A stretch of DNA of 64,000 nt from Bacillota bacterium (GTDB lineage: Bacteria > Bacillota > Sulfobacillia > JAJZYS01 > JAJYTV01). Shown here one piece after another: positions 35,775 through 45,209 of this stretch. Under the pieces are notes generated by a model that did not search any database, was not told where the DNA came from, and saw only the letters and a program-made list of their open reading frames with translations. Both the position numbers and the translations under genes were made by a program. Each line of letters starts with the position of its first letter. Position 1 is the stretch's first letter. The stretch spans positions 1,293-65,292 of the forward strand of contig JAJZAT010000002.1 in assembly GCA_021799275.1 (NCBI GenBank), given 5' to 3'.

Positions 35775-37253
35775 TCAGACGATGATGCAGATCAGCCCGC
35801 CGCTGCCTTCGTTGACGATGCGTTCGAGCGTCTCGCGCAGCTTCTGCTGCGCCTGCTCCGGCATGCGCACGAGCTTGTTCTGGATGCCCTCGCGCACCAG
35901 TTCGTTGAGCGACTTGCCGAAGATGTCGGACTCCCAGATCTTCTTCGGGTCGTCCTCGAACTTCGTCAGGAGGTACTGCACCAGTTCCTCGCTCTGGCGC
36001 TCGGTGCCGATGATCGGCGTGACCTCGGTCTCGACGTCCGCGCGAATCATGTGGATGGACGGCGCCATGGCGCGCAGCCGCACGCCGAAGCGGCTACCCA
36101 TCTTGATCAGCTCGGGCTCCTCGAACGCCATCTCGTCGAGGCGTGGCGTGACGAGGCCGTAGCCGGTTTCATGCACCTGATCCAAGGCCTCGGCGACCTG
36201 GTCGTAGGAGCGCTTGGCGACCACCATGCCCTGCCAGGCGCGCATGAGGTCCGGTTCACCGGCGATCGGCTCGCCATAGAGGTCCGTGAGCGTCTGGAAG
36301 AAGAGACCGGGTCTAGCGGAGAGCGCGATGTGCGCCACGCCCTCGCCGAGGTCCAGTTCCGTGAGTTGCACGCGGTCTGCGAGCTCGAAGCCGGCCAGCT
36401 GGTCGACGGCGGCGTCGACGTCGCGGACCCGGCGGATGCCCGCCTGGGCCTCGCGCACGGCGCTCTCGAAGCGGTCGCGCAGCGGGTAGCCGCTCTCGAG
36501 TTCCTGCACCCAGTCCGGCAGCGCGATCACGACCTCCCGGACGGGGAACTCGTAGAGCATCTGCTCGAGCAGCACCTGCAGGTCCTCTCCCGTGAGGTCC
36601 TGCGCCGAAAGCGGCAGGACGGGCACGGCGTACTGCTCCTCGAGGTCATGCGCCAGCTCGAGCGTTTCCTGCGCGTAGGGGTGCGCCGAGTTGAGCACCA
36701 CGATGAACGGCTTGCCGAGCTCCGTCAGCTCGGCCACCACCTGGGCTTCGGCGGGTTCGTAGGCGGCGCGCGGCAGTCCCGTGACCGATCCGTCCGTGCC
36801 GACCACGATGCCGATCGTCGAGTGTTCCGCGATCACTTTGCGCGTGCCGGTCTGCGCCGCTTCGGCGAACGGCACCGGGTGGTCGAACCAAGGGGTGTCG
36901 ACCATGCGCGGGGCTTCGTCCTCGGTGTAGCCGATGGCCCCGTCCACCGCGTACCCGACACAGTCGACCAGACGGATGCGGCAGTGCATGCCTTCCTGCA
37001 GCTCGATCTCGACGCCCTCGTCGGGGATGAACTTGGGCTCGGTGGTCATGACCTGGCGGCCGGTGCCGCCCTGTGGCATGGCGTCGCGCGCCCTGGCCTG
37101 CTCGTTCTCGTCGGTGATGTTGGGCAGCACCGCGAGTTCCATGATGCGGCGGATCAACGTCGACTTGCCGCTGCGGACCGGGCCGACGACACCGATGTAG
37201 ATGTCGCCCCCCGTCCTCTGCGCGACATCCTGCAAGATGTCGAACTGCTCCAC
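35775..37253 (-). CDS. spoIVA: Stage IV sporulation protein A
   Basis: RTGGDIYIGVVGPVRSGKST, MTTEPKFIP, DCVGY, HSTIG, SDIFGKSL, C-terminal NEGSGGLICIIV. Confidence 0.97.
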   Translation of the reverse strand: MEQFDILQDVAQRTGGDIYIGVVGPVRSGKSTLIRRIMELAVLPNITDENEQARARDAMPQGGTGRQVMTTEPKFIPDEGVEIELQEGMHCRIRLVDCVGYAVDGAIGYTEDEAPRMVDTPWFDHPVPFAEAAQTGTRKVIAEHSTIGIVVGTDGSVTGLPRAAYEPAEAQVVAELTELGKPFIVVLNSAHPYAQETLELAHDLEEQYAVPVLPLSAQDLTGEDLQVLLEQMLYEFPVREVVIALPDWVQELESGYPLRDRFESAVREAQAGIRRVRDVDAAVDQLAGFELADRVQLTELDLGEGVAHIALSARPGLFFQTLTDLYGEPIAGEPDLMRAWQGMVVAKRSYDQVAEALDQVHETGYGLVTPRLDEMAFEEPELIKMGSRFGVRLRAMAPSIHMIRADVETEVTPIIGTERQSEELVQYLLTKFEDDPKKIWESDIFGKSLNELVREGIQNKLVRMPEQAQQKLRETLERIVNEGSGGLICIIV

Positions 37254-37328
37254 CCCTACCCCTCCCGTACCCACCGGTGCCGGCCGCGCGCAAGAACGCG
37301 GTCCGGGGGAAGCCGGATTGGACGGTTC

Positions 37329-37356
37329 ATCATATGTAGGAGGATGGGCACTATGA
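37329..37356 (-). promoter_or_regulatory. Putative sigma-E (mother cell) promoter of spoIVA
   Basis: TCATAGT-N13-CATATGAT on the minus strand resembles the sigma-E consensus; spoIVA is sigma-E dependent in B. subtilis. Confidence 0.6.
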
Positions 37357-37417
37357 CCGCATGGCCCGCGAACCGCGTCGAGCGCAGGCGTGCGCGGCCC
37401 AGACTATGCCGCCGGGT

Positions 37418-38407
37418 TCACCAGCGTTCCTCGTCCTTGAACGCCCGGGCGAGGAGCATCTCGATCTCCTCGCCCGCGTCCGCGTCCTCGAAGAGCAGCC
37501 TCGAGAGCGCCGACGCGATCGGCAGGTCCTGCCCGTGGTGACGGGCCAGCTCGACCGCCGCCCTGGTGGCGGGCACACCCTCCACCACCATCGGCGACGA
37601 CCCGAGGACGTCTTCGAGCGGCGTTCCCCGACCGAGGGCGATGCCCGCCCTGCGGTTGCGGCTGTGCGGGCTCATCACGGTGGCCAGGAGGTCGCCGAGG
37701 CCCGCGAGGCCCGCGAACGTGGCCGCCTGCGCCCCACAGGCGACGCCGAGTCGCGTGATCTCCGCGAGGCCGCGTGTCAGGAGGGCCGCCCGCAGGTTGT
37801 CGCCGAGCCCGAGACCTTCGCTGACGCCGGAGGCGAGGGCCAGCACGTTCTTCAATGCTCCCCCGAGTTCGACGCCCGTACGATCCGGGGATGCGTAGAC
37901 GCGCAGGCCCGGGCCGTGCAAGAGTTCCTGCGCGGCAGCGCGCTGCCGGGCGTCCGGATGCGCCACCACGACCGCCGTCGGCTGACCGGCGGCCACCTCC
38001 TCGGCGTGGCTCGGTCCGCTCAGCGCGACCGCGTCGATGCCCTCCTCCACCAGGATCTCGGACATGCGCAGGAGGCTGCCGAGTTCGAGCCCCTTGGCGG
38101 TGTCGATGACAAGAGGCGGCAGGGCGCTCGGCGCGATCGCGGACACCGCGGCGCGCAGATGCTGGGATGGCACCGCGAGCAGGAGCGCGTCCGCGCCCGC
38201 GAGGGCCCGATCGAGCCCTGCGGTCGGCACCACCGTGTCGGGCAGGAACGCGCCCGGCAGGTAGGGTCGATTCTCGCGTGAGGCGGCGAGTTCCGCGGCG
38301 AACTCCGGACGGCGCGCGCAAAGCGCCACCTCGTGCCCACAGCGCGCCAGGTGCAGCGATAGCGCCGTGCCGAAGCCACCCGCACCGAGGACGACGACTC
38401 GGCTCAC
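37418..38407 (-). CDS. gpsA: NAD(P)H-dependent glycerol-3-phosphate dehydrogenase
   Basis: LGAGGFGTAL, AKGLE, SGPSHAEEV, GALKNV, GLAGLGDL, SRNR, EG. Confidence 0.95.
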   Translation of the reverse strand: MSRVVVLGAGGFGTALSLHLARCGHEVALCARRPEFAAELAASRENRPYLPGAFLPDTVVPTAGLDRALAGADALLLAVPSQHLRAAVSAIAPSALPPLVIDTAKGLELGSLLRMSEILVEEGIDAVALSGPSHAEEVAAGQPTAVVVAHPDARQRAAAQELLHGPGLRVYASPDRTGVELGGALKNVLALASGVSEGLGLGDNLRAALLTRGLAEITRLGVACGAQAATFAGLAGLGDLLATVMSPHSRNRRAGIALGRGTPLEDVLGSSPMVVEGVPATRAAVELARHHGQDLPIASALSRLLFEDADAGEEIEMLLARAFKDEERW

Positions 38408-38994
38408 CCGTGGCTCCCCAGGCGCTTCTCCTCGTGGCGCAGGAGGCGCTCAATGTTGGGGCGGTGTCGCCAGAGAAGCAGCAGCACCAGGAAGAAGACC
38501 GCAAAACGCAAGGGTGGCGGCAGCGCCGGCACTCCGGCAGCGGCCAGGACGGCCGCGGCGAGAGCCGCGAACATGGAGGAGACGGAAACGATGCGCGTCA
38601 GGGCGATCACCACCCCGAACACGACCAGTGCGCCGAGGACGAGCGGCCAGCCCCAGAAGAGGAGGACGCCGAGGGAGACGGCGACCACCTTGCCTCCCCG
38701 ACCGCGCAGGAAGATCGAGTAGGCGTGCCCGACGGCCGCGGCGGAGCCCGCGAGGGCGCTGCCCAGGGGACCGCCGAGCTTCCAGCCGAGGTAGGCCGCG
38801 AGCATGCCCTTGCCCGCGTCGCCGATCAGAACCAGGGCGGCCCAGTAGGGGCCCATCACGCGCAGGGCGTTGGTGGCGCCGGGGTTGCCAGAACCCTCGT
38901 GCAGGATGTCGCGTCCCTGGCGCTGCGCCGCGAGCACGCTGAAGGGGATCGAACCGAGGAGGTAGCCGACGATGGCGGCAAGCAGCGAGGTCAC
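38404..38994 (-). CDS. plsY: Glycerol-3-phosphate acyltransferase PlsY
   Basis: YLLGSIP, GSGNPGATNALR, DAGKG, GH..SIF..RGGKVVA, HRPNIERL. Confidence 0.93.
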   Translation of the reverse strand: MTSLLAAIVGYLLGSIPFSVLAAQRQGRDILHEGSGNPGATNALRVMGPYWAALVLIGDAGKGMLAAYLGWKLGGPLGSALAGSAAAVGHAYSIFLRGRGGKVVAVSLGVLLFWGWPLVLGALVVFGVVIALTRIVSVSSMFAALAAAVLAAAGVPALPPPLRFAVFFLVLLLLWRHRPNIERLLRHEEKRLGSHG

Positions 38995-40346
38995 CGTGGT
39001 CGTCCTCCCCTCCTGCGCAGGGTGATGCGGAGCGGCGCGAGGTGCAGATCGAAGGCCTGGCGCAGCCGGTTTTCGATGAAACGCTGGTACGAGAAGTGAC
39101 AGAGCGCCGGATCGTTGACAAACAGGATGACGTGCGGCGGACGCCTGCCCACCTGCGTCGCGTACAGCACCTTGAGTTGGCGGCCCTTCACCGAGGGCGG
39201 GGGCTGCTGGTAGACCGCCTCCTCGATCTCGCGGTTGAGCTGCGCCGTCGGCATGCGCAGGTCGATCTGCAGGCCGACACGGCCGATTTCGGCGAACAGC
39301 CTGTCCACGTGCAGGCCTGTGAGGCCCGACAGGAAGACGATTGGGGCGTAGTCGGCGGCCGGTAGCTGGCGCCGCAATTCCGAGAGTAGCGCGTCGGCCT
39401 CCTTCGGGTCGTGCTCGCGCGCGTCCCACTTGTTGACCCCGATGACGAGTCCGATGCCGGCGTCGCCGGCCAGCTTGACGATGCGCTTGTCCTGCTCCGT
39501 GAGGCCATCGTCGGCCGCGAGCAGCAGCGCCGCCACGTCGGCGCGCGAGATCGCCTTGCGGGCATGCAGACCCGCCAACTCCTCGAGGCGCGCGTCGATG
39601 CGCGCCGGGCGCCTGAGGCCTGCCGTATCGATGAGAAGGAAGGACCGCCCCCCCACCTCCACCTCGACGTCGACCGCGTCGGTGGTGGTGCCGGGAATGT
39701 CCGAGACCGTCATGCGCTGCTTGCCGAGCGCCCGGTTGACGAGCGTCGACTTGCCGGCGTTCGGCCGGCCGACGATCGCGACCCGCAGAGGCTGCTCAGC
39801 CTGGTCCTCGTCGTCTTCCGGAGACTGGCCGGGCTGCATGTCGAGCCGCTCGATGATGGCGTCCAGAAGATCGCCCGTGCCGTGCCCGTGGGCGGCCGAG
39901 ACGAAATACGGCTCGCCGAGGCCGAGCCGGTAGACGTCGCTCGCGTCGAGGTTGCGGCTCTCGGCCTTGTTGGCGACCAGCAGCACAGGCTTGCCCAGGC
40001 GGCGCATACGGCGCGCCACCTCCTCGTCCTCGGCTGTCAGCGGCAGGCGGGCGTCGACGACGAACAGCACCAGGTCGGCCTCGGCGATCGCCTCCTCGAC
40101 CTGGCGGGCGATCTCCTGCCAGAAGCGATCCTCGTCCGAGAGACCGCCGGTGTCGACGAGAAGGAAGCTGCGTGCGCGCCAGGTGCACGGAGCGTAGATG
40201 CGGTCGCGGGTGACGCCCGCGGTCTGCTCGACCAGGGCCACCTGGCGCTGCGCGAGTCGATTCATCAGGGAGGACTTGCCCACGTTCGGCCGGCCGACGA
40301 TCGCGACGACCGGTAGATCCTGCTCGTTTACCATGCTGACGTGCAT
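38991..40346 (-). CDS. der: Ribosome biogenesis GTPase Der (EngA)
   Basis: Two G domains: GRPNVGKS/TRD/DTGG/NKAE and GRPNAGKS/GTTTD/DTAG/NKWD, then a KH-like C-terminus. Confidence 0.96.
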   Translation of the reverse strand: MHVSMVNEQDLPVVAIVGRPNVGKSSLMNRLAQRQVALVEQTAGVTRDRIYAPCTWRARSFLLVDTGGLSDEDRFWQEIARQVEEAIAEADLVLFVVDARLPLTAEDEEVARRMRRLGKPVLLVANKAESRNLDASDVYRLGLGEPYFVSAAHGHGTGDLLDAIIERLDMQPGQSPEDDEDQAEQPLRVAIVGRPNAGKSTLVNRALGKQRMTVSDIPGTTTDAVDVEVEVGGRSFLLIDTAGLRRPARIDARLEELAGLHARKAISRADVAALLLAADDGLTEQDKRIVKLAGDAGIGLVIGVNKWDAREHDPKEADALLSELRRQLPAADYAPIVFLSGLTGLHVDRLFAEIGRVGLQIDLRMPTAQLNREIEEAVYQQPPPSVKGRQLKVLYATQVGRRPPHVILFVNDPALCHFSYQRFIENRLRQAFDLHLAPLRITLRRRGGRPR

Positions 40347-40371
40347 TCGCTCTCGATGGCCACGAATCCCC

Positions 40372-40572
40372 CTATACCGGGATCAGGAGCCACGTTCCGT
40401 CGTGCAGGTCGTGGACCGCCACACCGGTGATGCGGGCAATCCACATCGCGATGTGCTCCTGCTCCTGTTGTGTCTTCACGTAGAACACCGGCGAGACCCC
40501 GCCCTGCACCTCCTGCGGTGACTTGAGGGTGACGATCGCGTAGATGCTGCCGCTTTCAGGAAGACCGGCCAT
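40372..40572 (-). CDS. YpzH-like small protein (YIEGIA-associated)
   Basis: IYAIVT...VQGG.SPVFY...IARI..V.VHDL; lies between the YIEGIA gene and der, as in B. subtilis. Confidence 0.7.
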   Translation of the reverse strand: MAGLPESGSIYAIVTLKSPQEVQGGVSPVFYVKTQQEQEHIAMWIARITGVAVHDLHDGTWLLIPV

Positions 40573-40578
40573 GGCTGC

Positions 40579-41535
40579 CTACTTCCCCCCCTCGTGGCTG
40601 CGCTGCCACCCAATCAAGGCTGGCGAGTGCACCGAGTGGGCCTTCGCAGTCTCGAGCAGTGGCGTACGCCGGACGGCCTCCAGGATGCGGTCGGGATCGT
40701 TCGCCACCGGCAGGAGGCAGATGCCCGCCTTGCCGGTGCCCTCCGGCAGGTCCATGCGGCAGATCGGGATGCGCTCGCCGTAGCCGATGTCGGTCTTCGT
40801 GCCGATGATCTCGTAGAGGTTGTAGACGATGGCCTGGCGCTGGCCGAGGTCCCAGATCGCCCCGGCGCCGCGGGGCGTCGTCGGCGTCAGGACGATGCCC
40901 ACACCGTCCTTGGCGTAGCGCTCGCGCGCCTTCGGCAGGCCTACCTCCATGAGCATGACGGGTCCCGCGTAGAGGAGCGAGCCCTCCTTGAACGTCAGCG
41001 GCACGAGCTCCGCCGTGCAGACGTCGCCCAGTTCCGGCCCGCTCTTGACGAAATAGGCGACGATGATGGCGAGGATGCCGACACCGCCGCCCACGACCCA
41101 TGGCCAGAAGTCCCCGAACTCCGTCCTCGCCAGGCTCGCCGCAAGGGCCGTGACCACGGCGACGCCCATGACGAGGTAGTTGCGCTCCTCGAACTCCTGC
41201 GCGATGCCCTGGATGTAGCTCGAGCCCCGCTGCACCAGCGTCAGCTGTTCGATCGACTCGAGCTTCGAGACCTCCACCTTGCGCAGGCCGGTGAACTGGG
41301 TTGCGGCCAGGACGAGGAAGGTGGCCGCCTGGTACTCCTTGGCGACCAGCGCAGGGAAGAATGCGCCGCCGATCACGGCGGCGAAGAACGCGACCGTGAT
41401 CTGCCCCACGGTGCCTGCGGGATAGCCCGGATAGTGGCGATAGTCCTTGCGCAACAGGATCAGGCGGACGACGACGCCGAAGCCGATGCCGAGCCCGATC
41501 GATATCCAGTCGACGGGCGGTCCCTGACTGCTCAT
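40579..41535 (-). CDS. YIEGIA family (YphB/SeaA-like) membrane protein
   Basis: DYRHYPGYP, AATFLVLAATQF, RGSSYIQGIAQEFEERNYL, GQRQAI, PLLETA. Confidence 0.88.
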   Translation of the reverse strand: MSSQGPPVDWISIGLGIGFGVVVRLILLRKDYRHYPGYPAGTVGQITVAFFAAVIGGAFFPALVAKEYQAATFLVLAATQFTGLRKVEVSKLESIEQLTLVQRGSSYIQGIAQEFEERNYLVMGVAVVTALAASLARTEFGDFWPWVVGGGVGILAIIVAYFVKSGPELGDVCTAELVPLTFKEGSLLYAGPVMLMEVGLPKARERYAKDGVGIVLTPTTPRGAGAIWDLGQRQAIVYNLYEIIGTKTDIGYGERIPICRMDLPEGTGKAGICLLPVANDPDRILEAVRRTPLLETAKAHSVHSPALIGWQRSHEGGK

Positions 41536-42086
41536 CGCGCAAGCCTCCCGCGCAGGGCCCAGGCCTTGTCGATCAGCAGCGACAGGACCGCCGCCGCGAC
41601 GGCGGCCGTGGCCGCCACCTGGAAGAACTGCTCCGTATTCGGTGCGAAGGTCGCGGGTCCGTCGAACGAGTGACCGAGCGTCAGGTGCCCGATCAGCCCG
41701 CCGACCAGGGCCGTGGCGGGTGCCGTGAGGCCGGGGGACGTGGCCGCGGCCAGAAGACCGATGCCAAGGCCGGCCGTCGCGACGGGATCGAGTCCAGAAG
41801 CGACAGCCGCTGGCCAGGAGAGGACCATCACGGCCGCCGTGGCGAGGGACGCCGCGACGGTGAGACTCGAGAGCTTCTGCCACGCCACGGCGACGGTCGT
41901 GAGAACGAGCGCCCCCAAGGCCGCCCAGGTCAGGGCGGGCCAGAAGTCCGCAAGCAGGTGCAGTCCGATCGTCACCCCGAGCAGTCCGGAAAGCAGCCGG
42001 CGACCGAGGGACGGCTCGCGGCCGAAGCCGCCTAGAAGGAGCAAGGCCGTTGCCCAAAGGAGCCACGATCCGATTGGCAAGGACAT
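41532..42086 (-). CDS. Multi-TM membrane protein (YphA position)
   Basis: Hydrophobic ORF overlapping the YIEGIA start (ATGA); assigned mainly by synteny; start uncertain. Confidence 0.55.
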   Translation of the reverse strand: MSLPIGSWLLWATALLLLGGFGREPSLGRRLLSGLLGVTIGLHLLADFWPALTWAALGALVLTTVAVAWQKLSSLTVAASLATAAVMVLSWPAAVASGLDPVATAGLGIGLLAAATSPGLTAPATALVGGLIGHLTLGHSFDGPATFAPNTEQFFQVAATAAVAAAVLSLLIDKAWALRGRLAR

Positions 42087-42283
42087 CACCCGAAGGACAA
42101 TTTCCCCCCCGCAGCCGTCGCGCATGCAGACCGAGCGGCGAACCACATGCTCGCCAAATGGGAAACGGCGCTACGGGGGAGCGCCGCGTCGGGGGCCTTT
42201 CCTGTCTCCTAGTGCGCCTTGCCGATCACGTATGGTTCCACGGCGGGCGGTGACAAACGCCGCTGCTTGAACCGAGCAAACAT

Positions 42284-42312
42284 AAAGAGCGGCGGACCGA
42301 AGTCCGCCGCCC
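42284..42312 (-). terminator. Intrinsic terminator after rpsA
   Basis: GGGCGGCGGAC-TTCG-GTCCGCCGCTC-TTT on the minus strand. Confidence 0.75.
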
Positions 42313-42322
42313 AGAGGATTCG

Positions 42323-43651
42323 CTAGTCGAGCAGGCCCTTGAAGTCGTCGCCCACGATGTCCCCGATCGTCGCACCGCCGCCGTCGCTGGTCTCGGTCTC
42401 GGCATACGGGTCGCGCTTCTGCGACTGGTAGCCGCCCGCTTCGCGCAGGCTCAGGGAGACGCGGCGCTCGACCGGGTCGACGCGCAGCACCTTGACCTCG
42501 ACCTCCTCGCCCACGGCGACCACTTCGCCCGGACGGGTGACGTGATGGTCCGCAAGCTGGCTGATGTGGACGAGGCCGTCCACGCCCGGCTCGAGCTCAA
42601 CGAACGCACCGAAGGTGGCGAGACGCACCACCTTGCCGCGCACGATCGCTCCGATGGGATAGCGCTGCTCCACCGTGTCCCACGGGTTCTCGAGCACCTG
42701 CTTGTAGCCGAGCGAGATGCGGCCGCGCTCGCGGTCGAGGCGCAGCACCTTGACATCGATCTCCTGGCCGTCGTGCAGCACCTCGGAGGGGTGCTGGATG
42801 CGACCCCACGACATCTCGGAGACGTGCAACAGGCCGTCGACGCCCCCGAGGTCGATGAACGCGCCGAAGTCCGTGAGGGACTTGACGGTGCCGTGCAGCA
42901 CCTGGCCCTCCTCGATGCTCTCCCAGATGCGCTCGCGGTTCTGCTTGCGCTCCTCTTCGAGCACGACCTTGCGCGACAGGATCACCCGGTGCTTCGTGCG
43001 ATCGAGCTCGATGATCTTGACGCGCAGCGTCTGCCCCACGTACGGCTGCAATTCCTGGGCGTAGCCACGCTCCACCTGGGAAGCCGGGATGAAGCCGCGG
43101 GCGCCGATATCGGCGACGAGTCCGCCCTTGACCGCTTCGGATACGGGCGCCTCGATCACGTTGCCCGCCTCGTAGGCGGCAACGAGATCCTCCCAGACCT
43201 TGGCCTCGTCGGCGCGCCGCTTGGAAAGCCTCAGGCTCCCCTCCTCGCCCTCGACCGACAGCACCATGGCGTCGATCTCCTCGTCGAGGCCGGCGACGTC
43301 GCCTGCGGACTGGACGCGACGGTAGGTGAGCTCGCTCAGCGGGATCACGCCCTCGGACTTGTAGCCGACGTCGACGAGAACGTGGTCGTCCGCCACCTGG
43401 ACGATCTTGCCGTGCAGAATATCGCCCGGGCGCGGCTGCGCCACGCCTTCGCTGTAATCGACGCGTTCCTCGGTACCCGTCGCGTCGGCTGCCGCCTCGA
43501 CAGGTGCCTCGGTCGGCTCCGGCTGCGGCTCCGGTTGCGGCTCCGGCGTCTGCGCCGCGGTGGATTCCGGCGTCGCCTCCTGGGGCTCGCTCTGCTCGGC
43601 CTGAGGCTCCTCAGGCGCGATGTCGTGATCCGGGTGCAGCTGGTCCTCCAC
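42323..43651 (-). CDS. rpsA: 30S ribosomal protein S1 (four S1 domains) with an acidic N-terminal extension
   Basis: DVGYKSEG, VKGGL, GFIPASQ, DFGAFIDLGGVDGLLHVSE, FGAFVEL..GVDGLVHISQ. SD AAAGGAGG before GTG 43651. Confidence 0.95.
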   Translation of the reverse strand: MEDQLHPDHDIAPEEPQAEQSEPQEATPESTAAQTPEPQPEPQPEPTEAPVEAAADATGTEERVDYSEGVAQPRPGDILHGKIVQVADDHVLVDVGYKSEGVIPLSELTYRRVQSAGDVAGLDEEIDAMVLSVEGEEGSLRLSKRRADEAKVWEDLVAAYEAGNVIEAPVSEAVKGGLVADIGARGFIPASQVERGYAQELQPYVGQTLRVKIIELDRTKHRVILSRKVVLEEERKQNRERIWESIEEGQVLHGTVKSLTDFGAFIDLGGVDGLLHVSEMSWGRIQHPSEVLHDGQEIDVKVLRLDRERGRISLGYKQVLENPWDTVEQRYPIGAIVRGKVVRLATFGAFVELEPGVDGLVHISQLADHHVTRPGEVVAVGEEVEVKVLRVDPVERRVSLSLREAGGYQSQKRDPYAETETSDGGGATIGDIVGDDFKGLLD

Positions 43652-43837
43652 GCGATGACCTCCTTTGTTCACGCGGGTTACATTATCCCCGCGTCCCGCC
43701 GAACGACAGAGAACGGGCCCGATGGCCCGCCGTCCTACCGGCTCTTCACCTGTCGTCAATCGACCGCCGATGGGCAGGCGATCCCCGGTGCATCCGGGGG
43801 CTGGCTCATTCAGCATACCCGCCTGCAAAGAGTACTG

Positions 43838-44464
43838 TCAATCGGACTCCGCCCAGGGAAGACCCTGCCGAAGCTGATCGGGACGGTAGTACAGCCGTGC
43901 GATGGCGCGCATGACGTCGCCCGCTGGATCCTGGCTGCCGGTGAGGTCGAGCGGCTCGCCGAACCGCATGTCCACGCGTCCGAAGAGCCGCCACGGTCCG
44001 CGAATTGCGACGGGCACGACCGCTCCCCCGGCGTGCGCGATGAGGGAGCCAGACCCTGGGCGCGGCTCGCCGAGCCGTCCAGGCGGCTGACGATGACCCT
44101 CGGGAAACAGCCCGACGACCCGACCGGCCCGCAGAAGCCGCAAGGCTTGGCGGACTGCGCTGGCATCGCGCACGTCCCGGTTCACCGGGAAGGCGCCGAT
44201 CGACGGCAGGAGCCAGCCGAGATACGAGAAAAGTTCCTGCTTGGCCATGAAATGCACGTGCCGCCCGACGATCGCCCCGACCGCTGGCGGATCCACCGCG
44301 CTGATGTGGTTGACGCAGAGCAGCACCGGGCCGGTGGCCGGGATGTTCTCGAGGCCTTGCACCCGAACGCGGCAGAGTACCGCGAGCAGGCCGCGCACGG
44401 TGTTCTTGAGCAGTGCGAAGAGCCACGGACGGTACGCCGGCATGGGATCCTGGCTTTTTGGCAT
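43838..44464 (-). CDS. plsC: 1-acyl-sn-glycerol-3-phosphate acyltransferase
   Basis: NHISAVD (HX4D), FMAKQELF, FPVNR, FPEGHR. Confidence 0.92.
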   Translation of the reverse strand: MPKSQDPMPAYRPWLFALLKNTVRGLLAVLCRVRVQGLENIPATGPVLLCVNHISAVDPPAVGAIVGRHVHFMAKQELFSYLGWLLPSIGAFPVNRDVRDASAVRQALRLLRAGRVVGLFPEGHRQPPGRLGEPRPGSGSLIAHAGGAVVPVAIRGPWRLFGRVDMRFGEPLDLTGSQDPAGDVMRAIARLYYRPDQLRQGLPWAESD

Positions 44465-45120
44465 CAGGCACCCCGCTCCCGGCAGTAGGTCAGGAGGCGA
44501 TCGACCACCTCGGCGACGCCGAGACCTGTGGTGTCCACGACGATCGCGCCATCCGGCACCTTGAGCGCGCCGACGGCCCGCATCTCGTCCTGTGCATCGC
44601 GGCTCGCCATCTCGCGCTCGACGTCCGCGATGTCGATCCGCACGCCCTGGGCAAGGAGCTCGCGATGGCGCCTGCCTGCCCTGGCCGCGAGCGAAGCTGT
44701 GAGGAAGAACTTGCACTCGGCGTCCGGCAGGACGACGCTCCCCGCGTCGCGGCCATCCATGACGACCCCGCCCTGGCTCGCGATCTCACGCTGGCGGGCG
44801 ACTAGGGATTGGCGCACGGAGGGATGCGCCGCCACCTGCGAGACCATGCGGTCGACCGCCGGCTGGCGGATGTCGTCGGCGACGTCCTCGCCGTCCAGCC
44901 GCAGCCTGCCGTGTTCGAGGCGAAGATCCACTTCAGCCAGGAGCCGCCCGAGACCGGCTTCGTCTTCCGCCGAAACGCCGGCCCTCAGGGCCGCGAGCGT
45001 CAAAGCCCTGTACATCGCCCCGGTGTCGAGATAGCCGTAGCCGAGCGCCTGCGCCAGTTCGCGCGCCACGGTCGACTTCCCGGCTCCGGCCGGTCCGTCG
45101 ATGGTGATCCGCAGCCTCAT
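44464..45120 (-). CDS. cmk: Cytidylate kinase
   Basis: IDGPAGAGKST, DTGAMYRA, VMDGRDAG, KFFLTAS, RD..D. Confidence 0.95.
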   Translation of the reverse strand: MRLRITIDGPAGAGKSTVARELAQALGYGYLDTGAMYRALTLAALRAGVSAEDEAGLGRLLAEVDLRLEHGRLRLDGEDVADDIRQPAVDRMVSQVAAHPSVRQSLVARQREIASQGGVVMDGRDAGSVVLPDAECKFFLTASLAARAGRRHRELLAQGVRIDIADVEREMASRDAQDEMRAVGALKVPDGAIVVDTTGLGVAEVVDRLLTYCRERGA

Positions 45121-45179
45121 GGCCGTCACCCCTCCATTGGCCGATTGCCCCGATGGAGGGCCCGGCCTTGGGTATCGAA

Positions 45180-45209
45180 ACGATAGCAGAAACCCCACGT
45201 CCGGATCAA
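45180..45209 (-). promoter_or_regulatory. Putative promoter of cmk
   Basis: TTGATC-N18-TATCGT with an extended -10 TG on the minus strand. Confidence 0.4.

Noticed and set aside
35521..35780. tRNA-Pro as an integration site
   Set aside because: No integrase, no duplicated tRNA 3' end and no compositional shift nearby.
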